The position numbers and the translations under genes were made by a program. A stretch of 64,000 nucleotides of DNA from Blastocatellia bacterium (GTDB taxonomy: Bacteria; Acidobacteriota; Blastocatellia; UBA7656). Location: the NCBI GenBank assembly GCA_963765495.1, contig CAVXWP010000008.1:576001-640000 (forward strand). The letters run 5' to 3'. Under the pieces are notes generated by a model. It did not search any database, was not told the DNA's origin, and saw nothing but the letters and a program-made list of their open reading frames with translations. Of this stretch, positions 37,198 through 47,645 are shown piece after piece; positions within the stretch are counted from its first letter, which is position 1, and every line of letters starts with the position of its first letter.

Positions 37198-37887
37198 TCA
37201 CTTCTGCCCGGTCAAGCTTATAAGCAGAGACCTCGCAATCTCGCGGTCTCTCTGATTTTCAAATTCCCATTCGGGGTCAATATCGGTCCTGACCACCTGC
37301 TCCAACATGCGAATGGCGCGGGCACGATCTCCGTATTCGAACTCACGTTCAAAGGCATAGAGCAGGGTAACAGTATTATCTGGAGCAATCCTGAGTGCGC
37401 GGTCAAAGCATTCGCGGCTTCGCCTCCGGCTCCCGCCAAGCAACCGGGGCGCTTTATGTTCCAGGCGGCCCAGGACGCGCAACGGCCCCGCTCCGTGATA
37501 TGCATCTGAGATTGCGACGGCTCGCCGCAACTCATTGCGAGCGCGCATGAGCGCCAGTGCCGCTCTCCAGCCCCCATCGCTTTCCGCAAACAGGGCCAGG
37601 TTTACACCGAGCCAGAAATGCCCTTCTACTCGTTCAGGCGATAGTCTGGCGGCCCTTTTACCCGCGCCGATGGCGGCGGCGTGCAATTGCCGCTTTGAAC
37701 CGGCGGAATCTGCCTCCTGCCCGAGAAAAAACAGCGCGCGCGCAAGTCTCCATTGCACTTCGAATCGCTCGGCTCCATCCAGGGCCCCAGACATAAGCTT
37801 TACAGATTCTCTAACCGAATCAATACTTGACCGCCCTCGGTACAGTTCGTCAGCTCGATTAATCAATGCAAATATATCGTCCTGCAT
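37198..37887 (-). CDS. TPR-like protein (TRAP T-component/TatT-like)
   Basis: WRLARALFFLG, VEGHFWLG and GAGPLRVLGR..KAP motifs. Confidence 0.7.
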   Translation of the reverse strand: MQDDIFALINRADELYRGRSSIDSVRESVKLMSGALDGAERFEVQWRLARALFFLGQEADSAGSKRQLHAAAIGAGKRAARLSPERVEGHFWLGVNLALFAESDGGWRAALALMRARNELRRAVAISDAYHGAGPLRVLGRLEHKAPRLLGGSRRRSRECFDRALRIAPDNTVTLLYAFEREFEYGDRARAIRMLEQVVRTDIDPEWEFENQRDREIARSLLISLTGQK

Positions 37888-37907
37888 GAGCTTGAGGGCA
37901 AAGAATA

Positions 37908-37956
37908 GAGAGCTAAGAGTTAAGAGCCAGGAGTCAAGAGCGAGGAGCTAAGAGTC
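37908..37956. repeat. single-arm heptamer tandem repeat (RGAGYNA-like) x7
   Basis: AGAGCTA AGAGTTA AGAGCCA GGAGTCA AGAGCGA GGAGCTA AGAGTCC. Confidence 0.75.
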
Positions 37957-37990
37957 CTTAACACCTTGCTCTATACAATCTGCCAGTTCC

Positions 37991-38857
37991 CTATCTGGTA
38001 GCAATTTTCTTCAGATGCTCTTGCGTAAAGAGTGAATCCGCCGGGGCCGTGTCATATTTCGCGCTCAAGGTTTTGAAACGAATTTTCTTGTTTCGCGCTA
38101 CATTGTCCACGTGCCAATCCATTCGGGTCCAGTAATTGTCAACCTGTTTCATCTCGTCCACTCTCATGCGACGGATGAGGTCGTTCTGACTGTCGTAAAA
38201 GTCCGCGCCCAGAGCCGTATAATTGTCTTCAGAAATCATGAGATCAATACGCGGAAACTTCGATTCCGCGCCTTCCTTCAGCTTGCCCTGCATGCGATAA
38301 ACGGGCAACGAACCTACTTTATCTTCTCCGGCAAGAGTGAAGTCATATTTTTCAGCCTGACCGTAGGCAAGCTCCTGAAGAGTCATGCCAAAAAGCGAAT
38401 CTTCGCTTGCCGGGTCGGTCACTGTGACAAAGTTATTGGTGCTCTGAGCGTAGCGTGTAGCGCTCACATCCCCTCTGGGGCTAAATTTAATCAAGGCCGA
38501 GCGGTCGCTTTCAATCGGCGGCGCAGTAAACTCGATCAGCATCAGTTGAGTGCCGTCAGCCTGCTTTTTTTCGTAAGTAGTCATCTGGATTTCTCGACTG
38601 CTCCCGTTTGAATCCACGATCTGTACCTGCATTTCGATAGTGCTGCCGGGCGGGGCAGGCAGCGAGCGGTAATGCTGCATGATCTCTTCGGAAGACGCTT
38701 GATTTGCGGCTTTCTTATCCCCAGAAGATGTATTCCCAATGTTTTCGGTATTCGACCCACAGGCAAACGATGCAATCGACAGCGCACACAAACCTGCCAG
38801 GGCCAGCAGGTTCTTCAGCCTCTCTTTTGAGGCTGATTTCACAATCCTTTTTTTCAT
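37991..38857 (-). CDS. LolA-like outer-membrane lipoprotein-sorting protein (lipoprotein)
   Basis: Lipobox FAC; LIEFTAP, FYD..DLIR and LFTQEHL motifs. Confidence 0.75.
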   Translation of the reverse strand: MKKRIVKSASKERLKNLLALAGLCALSIASFACGSNTENIGNTSSGDKKAANQASSEEIMQHYRSLPAPPGSTIEMQVQIVDSNGSSREIQMTTYEKKQADGTQLMLIEFTAPPIESDRSALIKFSPRGDVSATRYAQSTNNFVTVTDPASEDSLFGMTLQELAYGQAEKYDFTLAGEDKVGSLPVYRMQGKLKEGAESKFPRIDLMISEDNYTALGADFYDSQNDLIRRMRVDEMKQVDNYWTRMDWHVDNVARNKKIRFKTLSAKYDTAPADSLFTQEHLKKIATR

Positions 38858-38893
38858 ATTTTAAATCACCATTTTTGATCTACTCACTATCGC

Positions 38894-41266
38894 TCAATCC
38901 ACAACTTTCTCTACACCCGTAAATTCTTTTTCTGACATCCGGTCTTCTGGCGGTTGAGAATCGCCCAGCGTGACATGAGAAAAAAGTCTCGATCTCATCA
39001 GAACCGGCAGAAATATAAGATCGGCAGCCAGACAGGCAATTATGGTCACCGCCCACAGCATCCCCGCAATGCGGACCGGGATAAACGAGGATAACATGAA
39101 GATCAGGAAAGCGGCCACCAGCATCAAATTCGCCAGCACCATCGGTTTACCCGTCCTGAGTACGGTGAGCCACATCGCCCAGCCTTCGGTATCCTCCGAA
39201 TGTGCGCTTTCGAAAACCGCCTGTCTGTACCGGCGAATCATGTGCACCGCGTTGTCTACTGCCAGTCCAAGTACGGAACTCGCTACGAGGCTCGTAGTGA
39301 TGTCAAGAGTATAGCCGGACCAGCCGAGAAAGCCGAAGAAGCAGACTATCGGAAGAAGATTTGGGATCAGCGCGAGCAGCCCTGTTGCAAACGACCTGAA
39401 CAGGAAGGCCATCATCAGGTAAATCGAAACCAGCGCAATTCCAAGACTCCAGGATTGCGATGCTGCCACAGCATCCGAGGCATCGTTTAACAGAACTATC
39501 GACCCTGTGACGCGAGCCGTGATCGAAGAACCGAGATTCGCTCGGGACCATACCAGCAACTTGTCGGTCAGCGCCCGGAGCTTGTTTGAGTCAAACAGAT
39601 TAGTGTTTAAGACAACAAGCGCTCGCGCTCGATCCGGGCTTACAAGCCGCGAAAGCGACTCGTCTTGAGAAAGGTAATCGTCATAAATGGCCTTGAGCCT
39701 CGCAGGGTCTTTGGGCAATTGCTCCCGGCTTTCGGGCGAGGAATCGAGCCTGCTGTTTAATCTTTTGATGATATCGGTGACTGAAAGAACCGCATCAACG
39801 CCTTCCTGATTCGAAGCAAACTCTTCAAGCGCTTCCACTCTCTCTAAAAAGGCCGGGTCCGTGGCCGCCCCTTCCGACCCGGTCACAACTATCTGAACCG
39901 GAGCAGCGCCTGCCAGCCGCTCGTGAAGTTTGTCGGCCGCCTGAACCGTCTCGCTCGAATCGGGAAATATCTTCAGATAATCCGTATTCACCCTAAGCCA
40001 GTAAGCGCCAGCCCCTGTGACACATGTAATCACAAAGGCCGCGATCAAAACCCCTCGCCCGCGAAACATTATCCAGGCGGTGATGTTTCGCAGTATGGGG
40101 TTTAACCATGTAGCATAATCTTTCTCTCCCGAGTGGCCACGCATCAGCGCATCGCGAGGAAGCAGTGTAAGCACAGCCGGTATAAAAGCAAGCGACAGGA
40201 CAAGCATGAAAAATACGCCAAGAGACTCGAACATCCCCATATCGCGTACCGTCGGGACGGGGCTCGACCCGAGCGCCCCAAAGCCTGCCATCGTCGTCGT
40301 CCCTGATACGAGAACCGCCGGGCCTATGAATTTGAGCCCCTCAAGCCAGGACTCGCGCCTCGCTGCTGAATCGGTCTCTTGCCCTAATCGAACCATCGAT
40401 ATGCGATACTGGTTCAGCATGTGAAAGAGATAAGAACTGCCTACGGCCATCAGTGTTGTCGGCAGCGACAGCGTAGCGAAGGTGATGGGATAGCCGAGCA
40501 ACCTCATAAGTCCGATTGTCCATATCAGACCTATTACAAGAGCCGCCATTGGGAGTGCGGCCCCCCAGAAACTGCGAAAGGCGACAAGAAAGACGAGAAA
40601 TGAAAGAATCAAGGCTATGGGCGAAAGCACCAGCATATCACGCACCATGCTGCGTACTCCTCGCGCATCGAGGATCGGCACACCACACACCATATTATCG
40701 TACTGACCCGCCACTTCCCTGACCACCTCTTCCACCCGTCCGGCAGTCGCGCGAGATTCCGCCTCGTCAAGCGGCGCAAGGAAGATATTAACGGCGGCCG
40801 TCCGCCCGTCTGCCGAGATGTAGTGCTTTACATATAGCGGGTCTGCGGTGATCTCTTGTCTGATCTGGCGCAGTTGCTCCGGCGTGGCACCACGAGGGAT
40901 CAGCTTTTCTACAACCACCCCCCGATCATCTCTGCGAACCGATTTTATGTTGGTAAGACTCAGAGTGTCGGTGACACCTTTGACGGCGGCGAGGCGAGTG
41001 GTGAGGCGACCGAGGTCGGCAATAAAGTCGGGTGTGAATACATCGTCCGTCGTAAGCCCCACGACGATGACCCGGTCATCTCCGAAGGTCGAACGAATCT
41101 CGTTAAAGAATTGTAGTTCCTTGTCGTGTCGGGTAAGAGTCTCGGGAGAACCGTTAAAGACTACGCCTCGCGTGGCCATTACGGCGGCCAACCAGATGGT
41201 TATCGCCAGGGTGGCGGCTATCACTATTTTCGGACGACTGACAACGAGCTTTCCTATTCTATTCAT
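38894..41266 (-). CDS. MMPL/RND-family lipid transporter
   Basis: Two repeats of a large soluble domain plus TM bundle; SGTTTMAGFGAL, LIPNLLP and GLAVDNAVH. Confidence 0.9.
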   Translation of the reverse strand: MNRIGKLVVSRPKIVIAATLAITIWLAAVMATRGVVFNGSPETLTRHDKELQFFNEIRSTFGDDRVIVVGLTTDDVFTPDFIADLGRLTTRLAAVKGVTDTLSLTNIKSVRRDDRGVVVEKLIPRGATPEQLRQIRQEITADPLYVKHYISADGRTAAVNIFLAPLDEAESRATAGRVEEVVREVAGQYDNMVCGVPILDARGVRSMVRDMLVLSPIALILSFLVFLVAFRSFWGAALPMAALVIGLIWTIGLMRLLGYPITFATLSLPTTLMAVGSSYLFHMLNQYRISMVRLGQETDSAARRESWLEGLKFIGPAVLVSGTTTMAGFGALGSSPVPTVRDMGMFESLGVFFMLVLSLAFIPAVLTLLPRDALMRGHSGEKDYATWLNPILRNITAWIMFRGRGVLIAAFVITCVTGAGAYWLRVNTDYLKIFPDSSETVQAADKLHERLAGAAPVQIVVTGSEGAATDPAFLERVEALEEFASNQEGVDAVLSVTDIIKRLNSRLDSSPESREQLPKDPARLKAIYDDYLSQDESLSRLVSPDRARALVVLNTNLFDSNKLRALTDKLLVWSRANLGSSITARVTGSIVLLNDASDAVAASQSWSLGIALVSIYLMMAFLFRSFATGLLALIPNLLPIVCFFGFLGWSGYTLDITTSLVASSVLGLAVDNAVHMIRRYRQAVFESAHSEDTEGWAMWLTVLRTGKPMVLANLMLVAAFLIFMLSSFIPVRIAGMLWAVTIIACLAADLIFLPVLMRSRLFSHVTLGDSQPPEDRMSEKEFTGVEKVVD

Positions 41267-41518
41267 CCTAAAAAAGTTGCAGTGTCGAGCTTTATAGTTG
41301 CCTGAGCGTCCGACTATACGCGATAGAAGTAAAGCGCGTCAAATCGCGGGCCAGCCTGTGTGCAGGTCTGGAAATATCCGAAAGCCGCTATTCTTGAGTC
41401 GGGTTTTCTTCTTTGTTATACTCGATAGTGTAGTTTCATGCCTCACCGGGGCAATTGTCAAATCAGGATGCCAATTTTATCTCGCGTCGTTGCGCGGATC
41501 GAAAAGGTCGAATATACG

Positions 41519-41788
41519 ATGGACGAATTGGTGCTTCACCCGAACGCTTTAGCCAGAATCGGCCATCGGCTTATAAAAATAGGGCGTCAGGAAGCTTTTT
41601 TGAACGACAATGCCCGGCTCGCGCCGGGTTGGTTTGCCAGGTTAGAACCTTCGTCCCACGAAACGAAAATACATCCCTGCGTCCCCTTCGCAGAGACCGC
41701 CCCTCAGACATTAGAGACCGAAGCTGCTGATGACTTTCGGGCCGACACCTTTTTTCGCTCCATGAAGGTACTCTTAGCTCCCCTGTAA
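41519..41788 (+). CDS. possible small hypothetical protein
   Basis: 89-aa ORF in the divergent intergenic region; no recognisable motif. Confidence 0.25.
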   Translation: MDELVLHPNALARIGHRLIKIGRQEAFLNDNARLAPGWFARLEPSSHETKIHPCVPFAETAPQTLETEAADDFRADTFFRSMKVLLAPL

Positions 41789-41866
41789 AATTGAAATGCA
41801 CCCTGAAAGGGCTTGCTCTGTCACGGTAATTTTCTTTATGCTCAGAAACAGGAAGTAAGACAAGAA

Positions 41867-44125
41867 ATGGTTGATCTAGAAATCTATACGGACAAATTCT
41901 CAGAAAGCGGCCGTCGGCTTATTCGCAAATCCTACGAAGAGGCCAGAGCGAGGGATCACAATCAACTCGCCCCGGAGCACGTGCTCGTAGGGCTGGCCGA
42001 AGTGGAACGTCCATTTTTCAACGAGGTGATGCAAAGCCTCAATCTCGATCCCCAGGTTGTGTTGCAGGCGATTGAGACAAAACTCGGCCAGCGAGATTAT
42101 TTCGGACGCGGCATAAAGATGTCGGAGTCGCTCAGGACTCTGCTGTCAAATTCGCTCAAGCACGCGCACGAACGTGGCCGCAGGTTGATCGAATCAACAG
42201 ACATTTTCGTCGCGCTTTTCAAAGACGTGCACAGCTTCCCAGCCGAACTGCTCAAACGGTTAGGCGCTGACCGGGAGATGGTGATGCAAAAGATTCAGAC
42301 CCGCGTACGCAGCCACGAAGAGAAGGAGGAGCGCTATCGCCGTCGCTATGAGCTTCCGCCTTACCTGAAACACTTCGGAGTCAGCCTCAACAAGCTTGCT
42401 CGTCAAGACAAACTTCCGCCTGTCATCGGTCGAGGCGAAGAGATTCGTCAGATGATCGAAATTCTCTGTCATCGCGAACGCGCAAACTCGCCTATGCTTG
42501 TCGGCGAAGCCGGGGTCGGGAAGACCGCTGTCGTCGAGGGTCTGGCCCGCAAGATCGAGCTTGAGCCTGATTCGATACCTCAACGCCTCCGCAATTCCCA
42601 CGTAGTGCAGTTGCAAATGTCCGGCATCGTCGCAGGCACGATGCTTCGCGGCATGTTTGAAGAGCGTATTCAGGGCATAATAAACGAAGTCAAGGAACGC
42701 GATAATCTCATTCTCTTCATAGACGAAGCCCATACGATAATCGGCGCAGGATCGGCTCTGGGAGCCAGTTCCGATGCCGCCAATATGTTCAAGTCGGCGC
42801 TTGCTCGCGGCGAGATTCGTATAGTCGGCGCGACTACGATGACCGAGTACAAAGAGTATATCGCGGAAGACGAAGCTCTTGCCCGCCGGTTCCGCCTCGT
42901 AAAAGTGGACGAGCCATCCGTTGAAGACACCCGAAAGATTATCGTCGGCGTGCGACCGAGGCTCGAACGCAATTATTCCGTTACTATCTCTGATGAAGCC
43001 ATCGAAACGGCTCTCGAAATGGCCCCTCGTTATGTCAGAAACCTGCATCTGCCCGACAAGGTAATCGGCTGGCTCGACACCGCCGCCGTAAAGGTCGAGA
43101 TCAATCAACCGGAGCTTGGCGAAGTACGGTCCGAGCACATCATCGACGTAATCAGCCAGGAATCTCGCATCCCGCGTGACATGATCTTCCGCGATACAAA
43201 CGACCGCTTCGTCCATATGGAAGAGGCTCTCTCATCACGGGTAGTCGGGCAGAAGGACGCTATCAAGGCGGTGGCCCGGAGGCTCAGACTCAACAAGGGA
43301 CCGCTTAAAGAGAATTTTTATAAGCCCGACGGTGTGCTCTTGTTCTTGGGCCCCACGGGTGTCGGCAAGACCGAACTTGCCAAATCTGTGGCGGAATTTA
43401 TGTTTGGCGATGACGACAAGATGGTTCGCATAGACATGTCCGAATATCAGGACGGGACCATCGCCGTTGAAAAGCTCATCGGCATGCCACGCGGAATAGT
43501 TGGAAGCGAGCGCGGCGGCATCCTCACCGAGCGACTCCGCGATAATCCTTATACTGTGCTGCTGCTCGATGAAATCGAAAAGGCGTCGCCTTACCTGCTC
43601 AACCTCTTCTTGCAGGCGTTTGATGAGGGCTGGATCACGGACGGGCGCGGCAAAAAGGTTTATCTCTCAGACGCGATCATCATAATGACATCGAACCTCG
43701 GATCGGACAGCTTTAAAAAGTATATGAAGCCGCTCGGATTTGGGACCAAAACGCTTGCCGATATAAAGGCCATAAATCGCGAAGTCATCAAAGCGGCCGA
43801 AGACAGGTTCTCGCCTGAGTTCCGCAACCGCATAGACGAAATAGTAGTCTTTTCGCCGCTCACTCAGGATGAAGTCAAGGAGATAGCTGTGATTTATCTG
43901 AGGAAGATCACCCGCCAGATGAAACATAGCGGTAAAAAGATCGTCGTCACCGAAGCCGCTCTCACACACCTCGTAGAGAAGGGCTTCAGCCCGGCTTACG
44001 GCGCTCGCTTCCTCAAGCGCACGATTGACGAGCTTGTCAAAGTGCCGCTTACGACGATGTGGAAAGATGCCGACAACTTCCTGGTCGATTTCCAGAACGA
44101 TGAGCTAAAGATCATCAAAAACTGA
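41867..44125 (+). CDS. ClpA/ClpC-type AAA+ unfoldase
   Basis: Clp-N repeats; GEAGVGKT and GPTGVGKT Walker A motifs; LGF ClpP-docking loop; no middle domain. Confidence 0.92.
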   Translation: MVDLEIYTDKFSESGRRLIRKSYEEARARDHNQLAPEHVLVGLAEVERPFFNEVMQSLNLDPQVVLQAIETKLGQRDYFGRGIKMSESLRTLLSNSLKHAHERGRRLIESTDIFVALFKDVHSFPAELLKRLGADREMVMQKIQTRVRSHEEKEERYRRRYELPPYLKHFGVSLNKLARQDKLPPVIGRGEEIRQMIEILCHRERANSPMLVGEAGVGKTAVVEGLARKIELEPDSIPQRLRNSHVVQLQMSGIVAGTMLRGMFEERIQGIINEVKERDNLILFIDEAHTIIGAGSALGASSDAANMFKSALARGEIRIVGATTMTEYKEYIAEDEALARRFRLVKVDEPSVEDTRKIIVGVRPRLERNYSVTISDEAIETALEMAPRYVRNLHLPDKVIGWLDTAAVKVEINQPELGEVRSEHIIDVISQESRIPRDMIFRDTNDRFVHMEEALSSRVVGQKDAIKAVARRLRLNKGPLKENFYKPDGVLLFLGPTGVGKTELAKSVAEFMFGDDDKMVRIDMSEYQDGTIAVEKLIGMPRGIVGSERGGILTERLRDNPYTVLLLDEIEKASPYLLNLFLQAFDEGWITDGRGKKVYLSDAIIIMTSNLGSDSFKKYMKPLGFGTKTLADIKAINREVIKAAEDRFSPEFRNRIDEIVVFSPLTQDEVKEIAVIYLRKITRQMKHSGKKIVVTEAALTHLVEKGFSPAYGARFLKRTIDELVKVPLTTMWKDADNFLVDFQNDELKIIKN

Positions 44126-44155
44126 ATGTATCGGACTCGTTTAATAACGGCCCGG

Positions 44156-44192
44156 GAAAGCGGCGCATATGTTTTTGTGCCGCTTTCTTTTT
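44156..44192 (+). terminator. intrinsic terminator
   Basis: GAAAGCGGCGCA/TGTGCCGCTTTC stem followed by a T run. Confidence 0.75.
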
Positions 44193-44231
44193 GACTCGGT
44201 ATCGAGCAAAATCAACATCGGAGGGACGATC

Positions 44232-45017
44232 TTGAGACCACTCAGCTTTGCAATCACATTACTCCTGATCACACTCACCACGCAGGCAGCAGTGCCCGCT
44301 CAAGAGGATAAAGACGACGGGCAGCAGAAGGCGGAAGCGCTGATCCAGAAAGCGATTCGGGCGCGAGGCGGGGATGCTTATCTGACAGTGCGCTCGATCA
44401 TTGGTGAAGGCCAGTACACTCCCTATCAAAAAGGCGTCTCAACACTCCCTCAGAGTTTTACGGATTATATAGTTTATCCGAGTACCGAGCGTACGGATTT
44501 CGGCAAAGGCAAGCAGAAATATATTCAGACCAATCGCGGAAATGAAGGATGGATTTACGACGGGCAGCAGAAGGCTATCCGAGAACAGACCGAAGATCAG
44601 GTCAAGAACTTCCAGCATGGTATGCGCCACGACCTGGATAATCTGCTGAGACGCGAGTGGAAAGAGCCGGGCGCAAAACTCGTCTACATCGGTCGCCGCG
44701 AAGTCTGGCACAACACGTTTTCTGAGGCCATTCGTTTAGAGTTTGCCGAAGGCGAATCGGTGACTCTTCATTTCGATACCCGCGAAGACCTGCCCTTGAT
44801 GATCGAGTTTAAAACCGTAGGCGAGGAAGGAACTACAAACGACCAGATAAGGTACTACAGATGGATAGACTATAACGGAGTCAGGTTCCCAACCATTCAA
44901 GACACATACCGCGAGGGGCAGCAATCGAGTCGAGTCAATTACGAATCGGTGAAAGTCAACCCGAGCCTGCCCGATAAATTGTTTGATAAGCCCGCCGATA
45001 TAAAAGAAGTGAAATAG
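44232..45017 (+). CDS. exported LolA-like hypothetical protein
   Basis: RBS GGAGGG with TTG start; signal peptide; AIRARGG and C-terminal VNPSLPDKLFDKP. Confidence 0.75.
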   Translation: MRPLSFAITLLLITLTTQAAVPAQEDKDDGQQKAEALIQKAIRARGGDAYLTVRSIIGEGQYTPYQKGVSTLPQSFTDYIVYPSTERTDFGKGKQKYIQTNRGNEGWIYDGQQKAIREQTEDQVKNFQHGMRHDLDNLLRREWKEPGAKLVYIGRREVWHNTFSEAIRLEFAEGESVTLHFDTREDLPLMIEFKTVGEEGTTNDQIRYYRWIDYNGVRFPTIQDTYREGQQSSRVNYESVKVNPSLPDKLFDKPADIKEVK

Positions 45018-45024
45018 CAATAAA

Positions 45025-45143
45025 GCGTGATCCGTGATCCGTGATATTTATGGGATCTGCCTGTCAATGACAAATTGCAAGTCAGGTGAATCACGAATCA
45101 CGAATCACGCTTCACGAATTACGTATCACTCTTCACGCATCAC
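45025..45143. repeat. inverted heptamer-repeat element (CGTGATC)n/(ATCACGA)n, copy A
   Basis: About 3 units on the left and 8 on the right; the right arm includes the fbaB stop. Confidence 0.85.
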
Positions 45144-46192
45144 GCCACGGTCACTTCCTTAGCCAGATAGACATCCTGTATAGCGTTTAGAATCTCTACG
45201 CCGTCGGCCATCGGTTTCTGGAAGGCTTTTCGGCCTGAAATCAACCCCGTGCCGCCCGCGCGTTTGTTTATGACCGCTGTCCTCACTGCCTGTTGAATAT
45301 CGTTTTCGCCCGATGCGCCTCCAGAGTTTATCAAACCGGCTCGCCCCATATAACAGTTAGCCACCTGATAGCGAGTCAGATCAATTGGATGATCGGTTGT
45401 CAGTTCGGAATAGACCTTCTTGTGAGTCTTGCCGAATTTCAGCGCGTTGTATCCGCCGTTATTCTCCGGCAGTTTCTGCTTTATTATGTCAGCCTCAAGC
45501 GTGACCCCAAGATGATTCGCCTGTCCCGTGAGGTCGGCAGCAGCGTGGTAATCCGCCTCTTTCGTTTTGAAATCGGAATTGCGCAGATAGCACCACAGCA
45601 CGGTAAACATCCCCAGTTCGTGCGCCGCCGCAAATACCTGGCTGATCTCCTGAATCTGCCGCTTAGAGCCCTCCGAACCGAAATAAACGGTAGCTCCTAC
45701 TCCTACGCAGCCCTGCTCGAATGCCTGCTCTATCGAGGCGAAAAGTATTTGATCGTAGGAGTTTGGGTAGGAAAGAAATTCGTTGTGATTGATCTTGAGA
45801 ATAAACGGTATCTTGTGCGCATACTTGCGAGCGACGGAGCCGAGTACGCCCAGTGTCGAGGCCACCGCGTTACAGCCTCCTTCAATAGCCAGACGCGCGA
45901 TGTTTTCCGGGTCGAAATACTCGGGATTTGGGGCAAATGAAGCCCCTGCCGAATGCTCTATGCCCTGGTCTACCGGGAGAATCGATACGTAACCTGTACC
46001 GGAGAGCCGTCCGTGATTGAAGAGCGCCGAGAGATTCCTGAGCACTGTGGGCGAGCGATCCGTAGCGACCCAGACGCGGTCAATAAAATCCGGCCCCGGC
46101 AGGTGCAGCGATTCTTTTGCGATTGTCCGGCTCTGATAGGTGAGCAACGCTTCGGCCTCGTCGCCAAGTATCTCTTCTATTTTCCTGATCAT
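45140..46192 (-). CDS. fbaB: class I fructose-bisphosphate aldolase (DhnA/FbaB)
   Basis: [30 protein letters not shown] and [10 protein letters not shown] motifs. Confidence 0.95.
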   Translation of the reverse strand: MIRKIEEILGDEAEALLTYQSRTIAKESLHLPGPDFIDRVWVATDRSPTVLRNLSALFNHGRLSGTGYVSILPVDQGIEHSAGASFAPNPEYFDPENIARLAIEGGCNAVASTLGVLGSVARKYAHKIPFILKINHNEFLSYPNSYDQILFASIEQAFEQGCVGVGATVYFGSEGSKRQIQEISQVFAAAHELGMFTVLWCYLRNSDFKTKEADYHAAADLTGQANHLGVTLEADIIKQKLPENNGGYNALKFGKTHKKVYSELTTDHPIDLTRYQVANCYMGRAGLINSGGASGENDIQQAVRTAVINKRAGGTGLISGRKAFQKPMADGVEILNAIQDVYLAKEVTVA

Positions 46193-46396
46193 TTATTCCT
46201 CCTGTGAATTTATTGCGGGTTTAAATAGCATTTATGTCAGCCTCTAATTCTATTCATCGCAAATTGGTTGGTCAACTTCAACGAAAGTTGAAATTGATTC
46301 TGCTCGTCAACCGGATGTGCTATACTGACAGCCCTGCCAGGCTACTGGTCAATACTTCGGTTGGAATTTTCTGAAACCTCAAGGAGGGCATAAGAG

Positions 46397-47467
46397 ATGG
46401 CGCAAAAGATGGAGCCTAAGAAAGTGCGAATGACTCGCGGCAAGTTTAATGGAATCCAGGCTGTTGCCGATGAAAACGGCGTTATTTCCGCTGCGGCGAT
46501 GGATCAACGCGGCTCGCTGAAAAAGGCGATAGCAAAGGCAAAAGGCAGCGACGCGTCAGACGCGGAACTCACGGAATTTAAGGTGATAGGGACACGCGAG
46601 TTGACACCTTATGCCTCGGCGATCCTGATGGACCCGGAGTATGGACTCGACGCGGTCAAGGCGAAAGCTCCAAACGCAGGCGTGTTGCTGGCCTATGAAA
46701 AGACCGGCTATGACGCCAATACTCGAGGTCGGCTGCCCGACCTTCTGCCAAACTGGTCGGTGGCTCGCCTGATCGCGGCGGGCGCAGACGCCATAAAGAT
46801 TTTGCTTTACTACAACCCGGACGACCCCGCCGAAATCAACGACATAAAGCATGCCTTTATCGAGAGGATCGGGGCCGAATGCCTCGCCTATGACGTGCCA
46901 TTCTTTCTCGAACCGATCTGCTACAGCGAAGAGATTCCCGACGATAAGAGTCTCGAATTTGCGCGCATAAAACCCGATCTTGTGATCCGCTACATGACGG
47001 AATTTTCCAAGCCTCAATATGGTGTGGATATCCTCAAGGTAGAAGTCCCGATCAACATCAAGTATGTCGAAGATACTCCGGCTTTTTCCGGCACTGCCGC
47101 TTACACGCGTGAAGAGGCGAAGGAACTGTTTCGCAAGGCCGAGGCGGTCGCGGGCAAGCCTTTTATCTATCTTTCGGCGGGCGTGACCGATGATATTTTC
47201 CGCGCGACTCTCGAGCTTGCGGCGGAAGCGGGCGTAGGCTTTTCAGGCGTGCTTTGCGGGCGCGCTACGTGGCAGGATGGAGTGCCCGTCTACGGTGCTC
47301 AAGGTCCGGCGGCCTTTGAAGAGTGGCTCAGGGATAGAGGCAGAAAGAATGTCGAGGCGCTAAACGAAGTCCTCGCAAAGGGCGCAAAACCCTGGTACGA
47401 ATTCTATGGCGGACTGGAAAATATAGAGATTATTGACGGGCCGGAACCGCTTACGCCGCGCGGGTGA
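46397..47467 (+). CDS. lacD: tagatose-1,6-bisphosphate aldolase (LacD family)
   Basis: AMDQRGSL, LAYEKTGYD, DILKVEVP, LSAGV and GVLCGRATW motifs. Confidence 0.9.
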   Translation: MAQKMEPKKVRMTRGKFNGIQAVADENGVISAAAMDQRGSLKKAIAKAKGSDASDAELTEFKVIGTRELTPYASAILMDPEYGLDAVKAKAPNAGVLLAYEKTGYDANTRGRLPDLLPNWSVARLIAAGADAIKILLYYNPDDPAEINDIKHAFIERIGAECLAYDVPFFLEPICYSEEIPDDKSLEFARIKPDLVIRYMTEFSKPQYGVDILKVEVPINIKYVEDTPAFSGTAAYTREEAKELFRKAEAVAGKPFIYLSAGVTDDIFRATLELAAEAGVGFSGVLCGRATWQDGVPVYGAQGPAAFEEWLRDRGRKNVEALNEVLAKGAKPWYEFYGGLENIEIIDGPEPLTPRG

Positions 47468-47489
47468 CTCCGCTTAAGACCTTAAAAAT

Positions 47490-47519
47490 AAGGGCGCGGT
47501 CATATCGAGCCGCGCCCTT
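47490..47519. terminator. hairpin between convergent lacD and PBP genes
   Basis: AAGGGCGCGG/CCGCGCCCTT stem. Confidence 0.6.
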
Positions 47520-47645
47520 GTAATGAGGATCCGTGATTCCATTCAATATGTACAGAGAACTCTTTAGCCTTAAAAGTACATTCCTTCCCACCCATTCACA
47601 TCAATTCTCAAATGTCTGATTTAAAATCTGAGATTTCAGATACTT

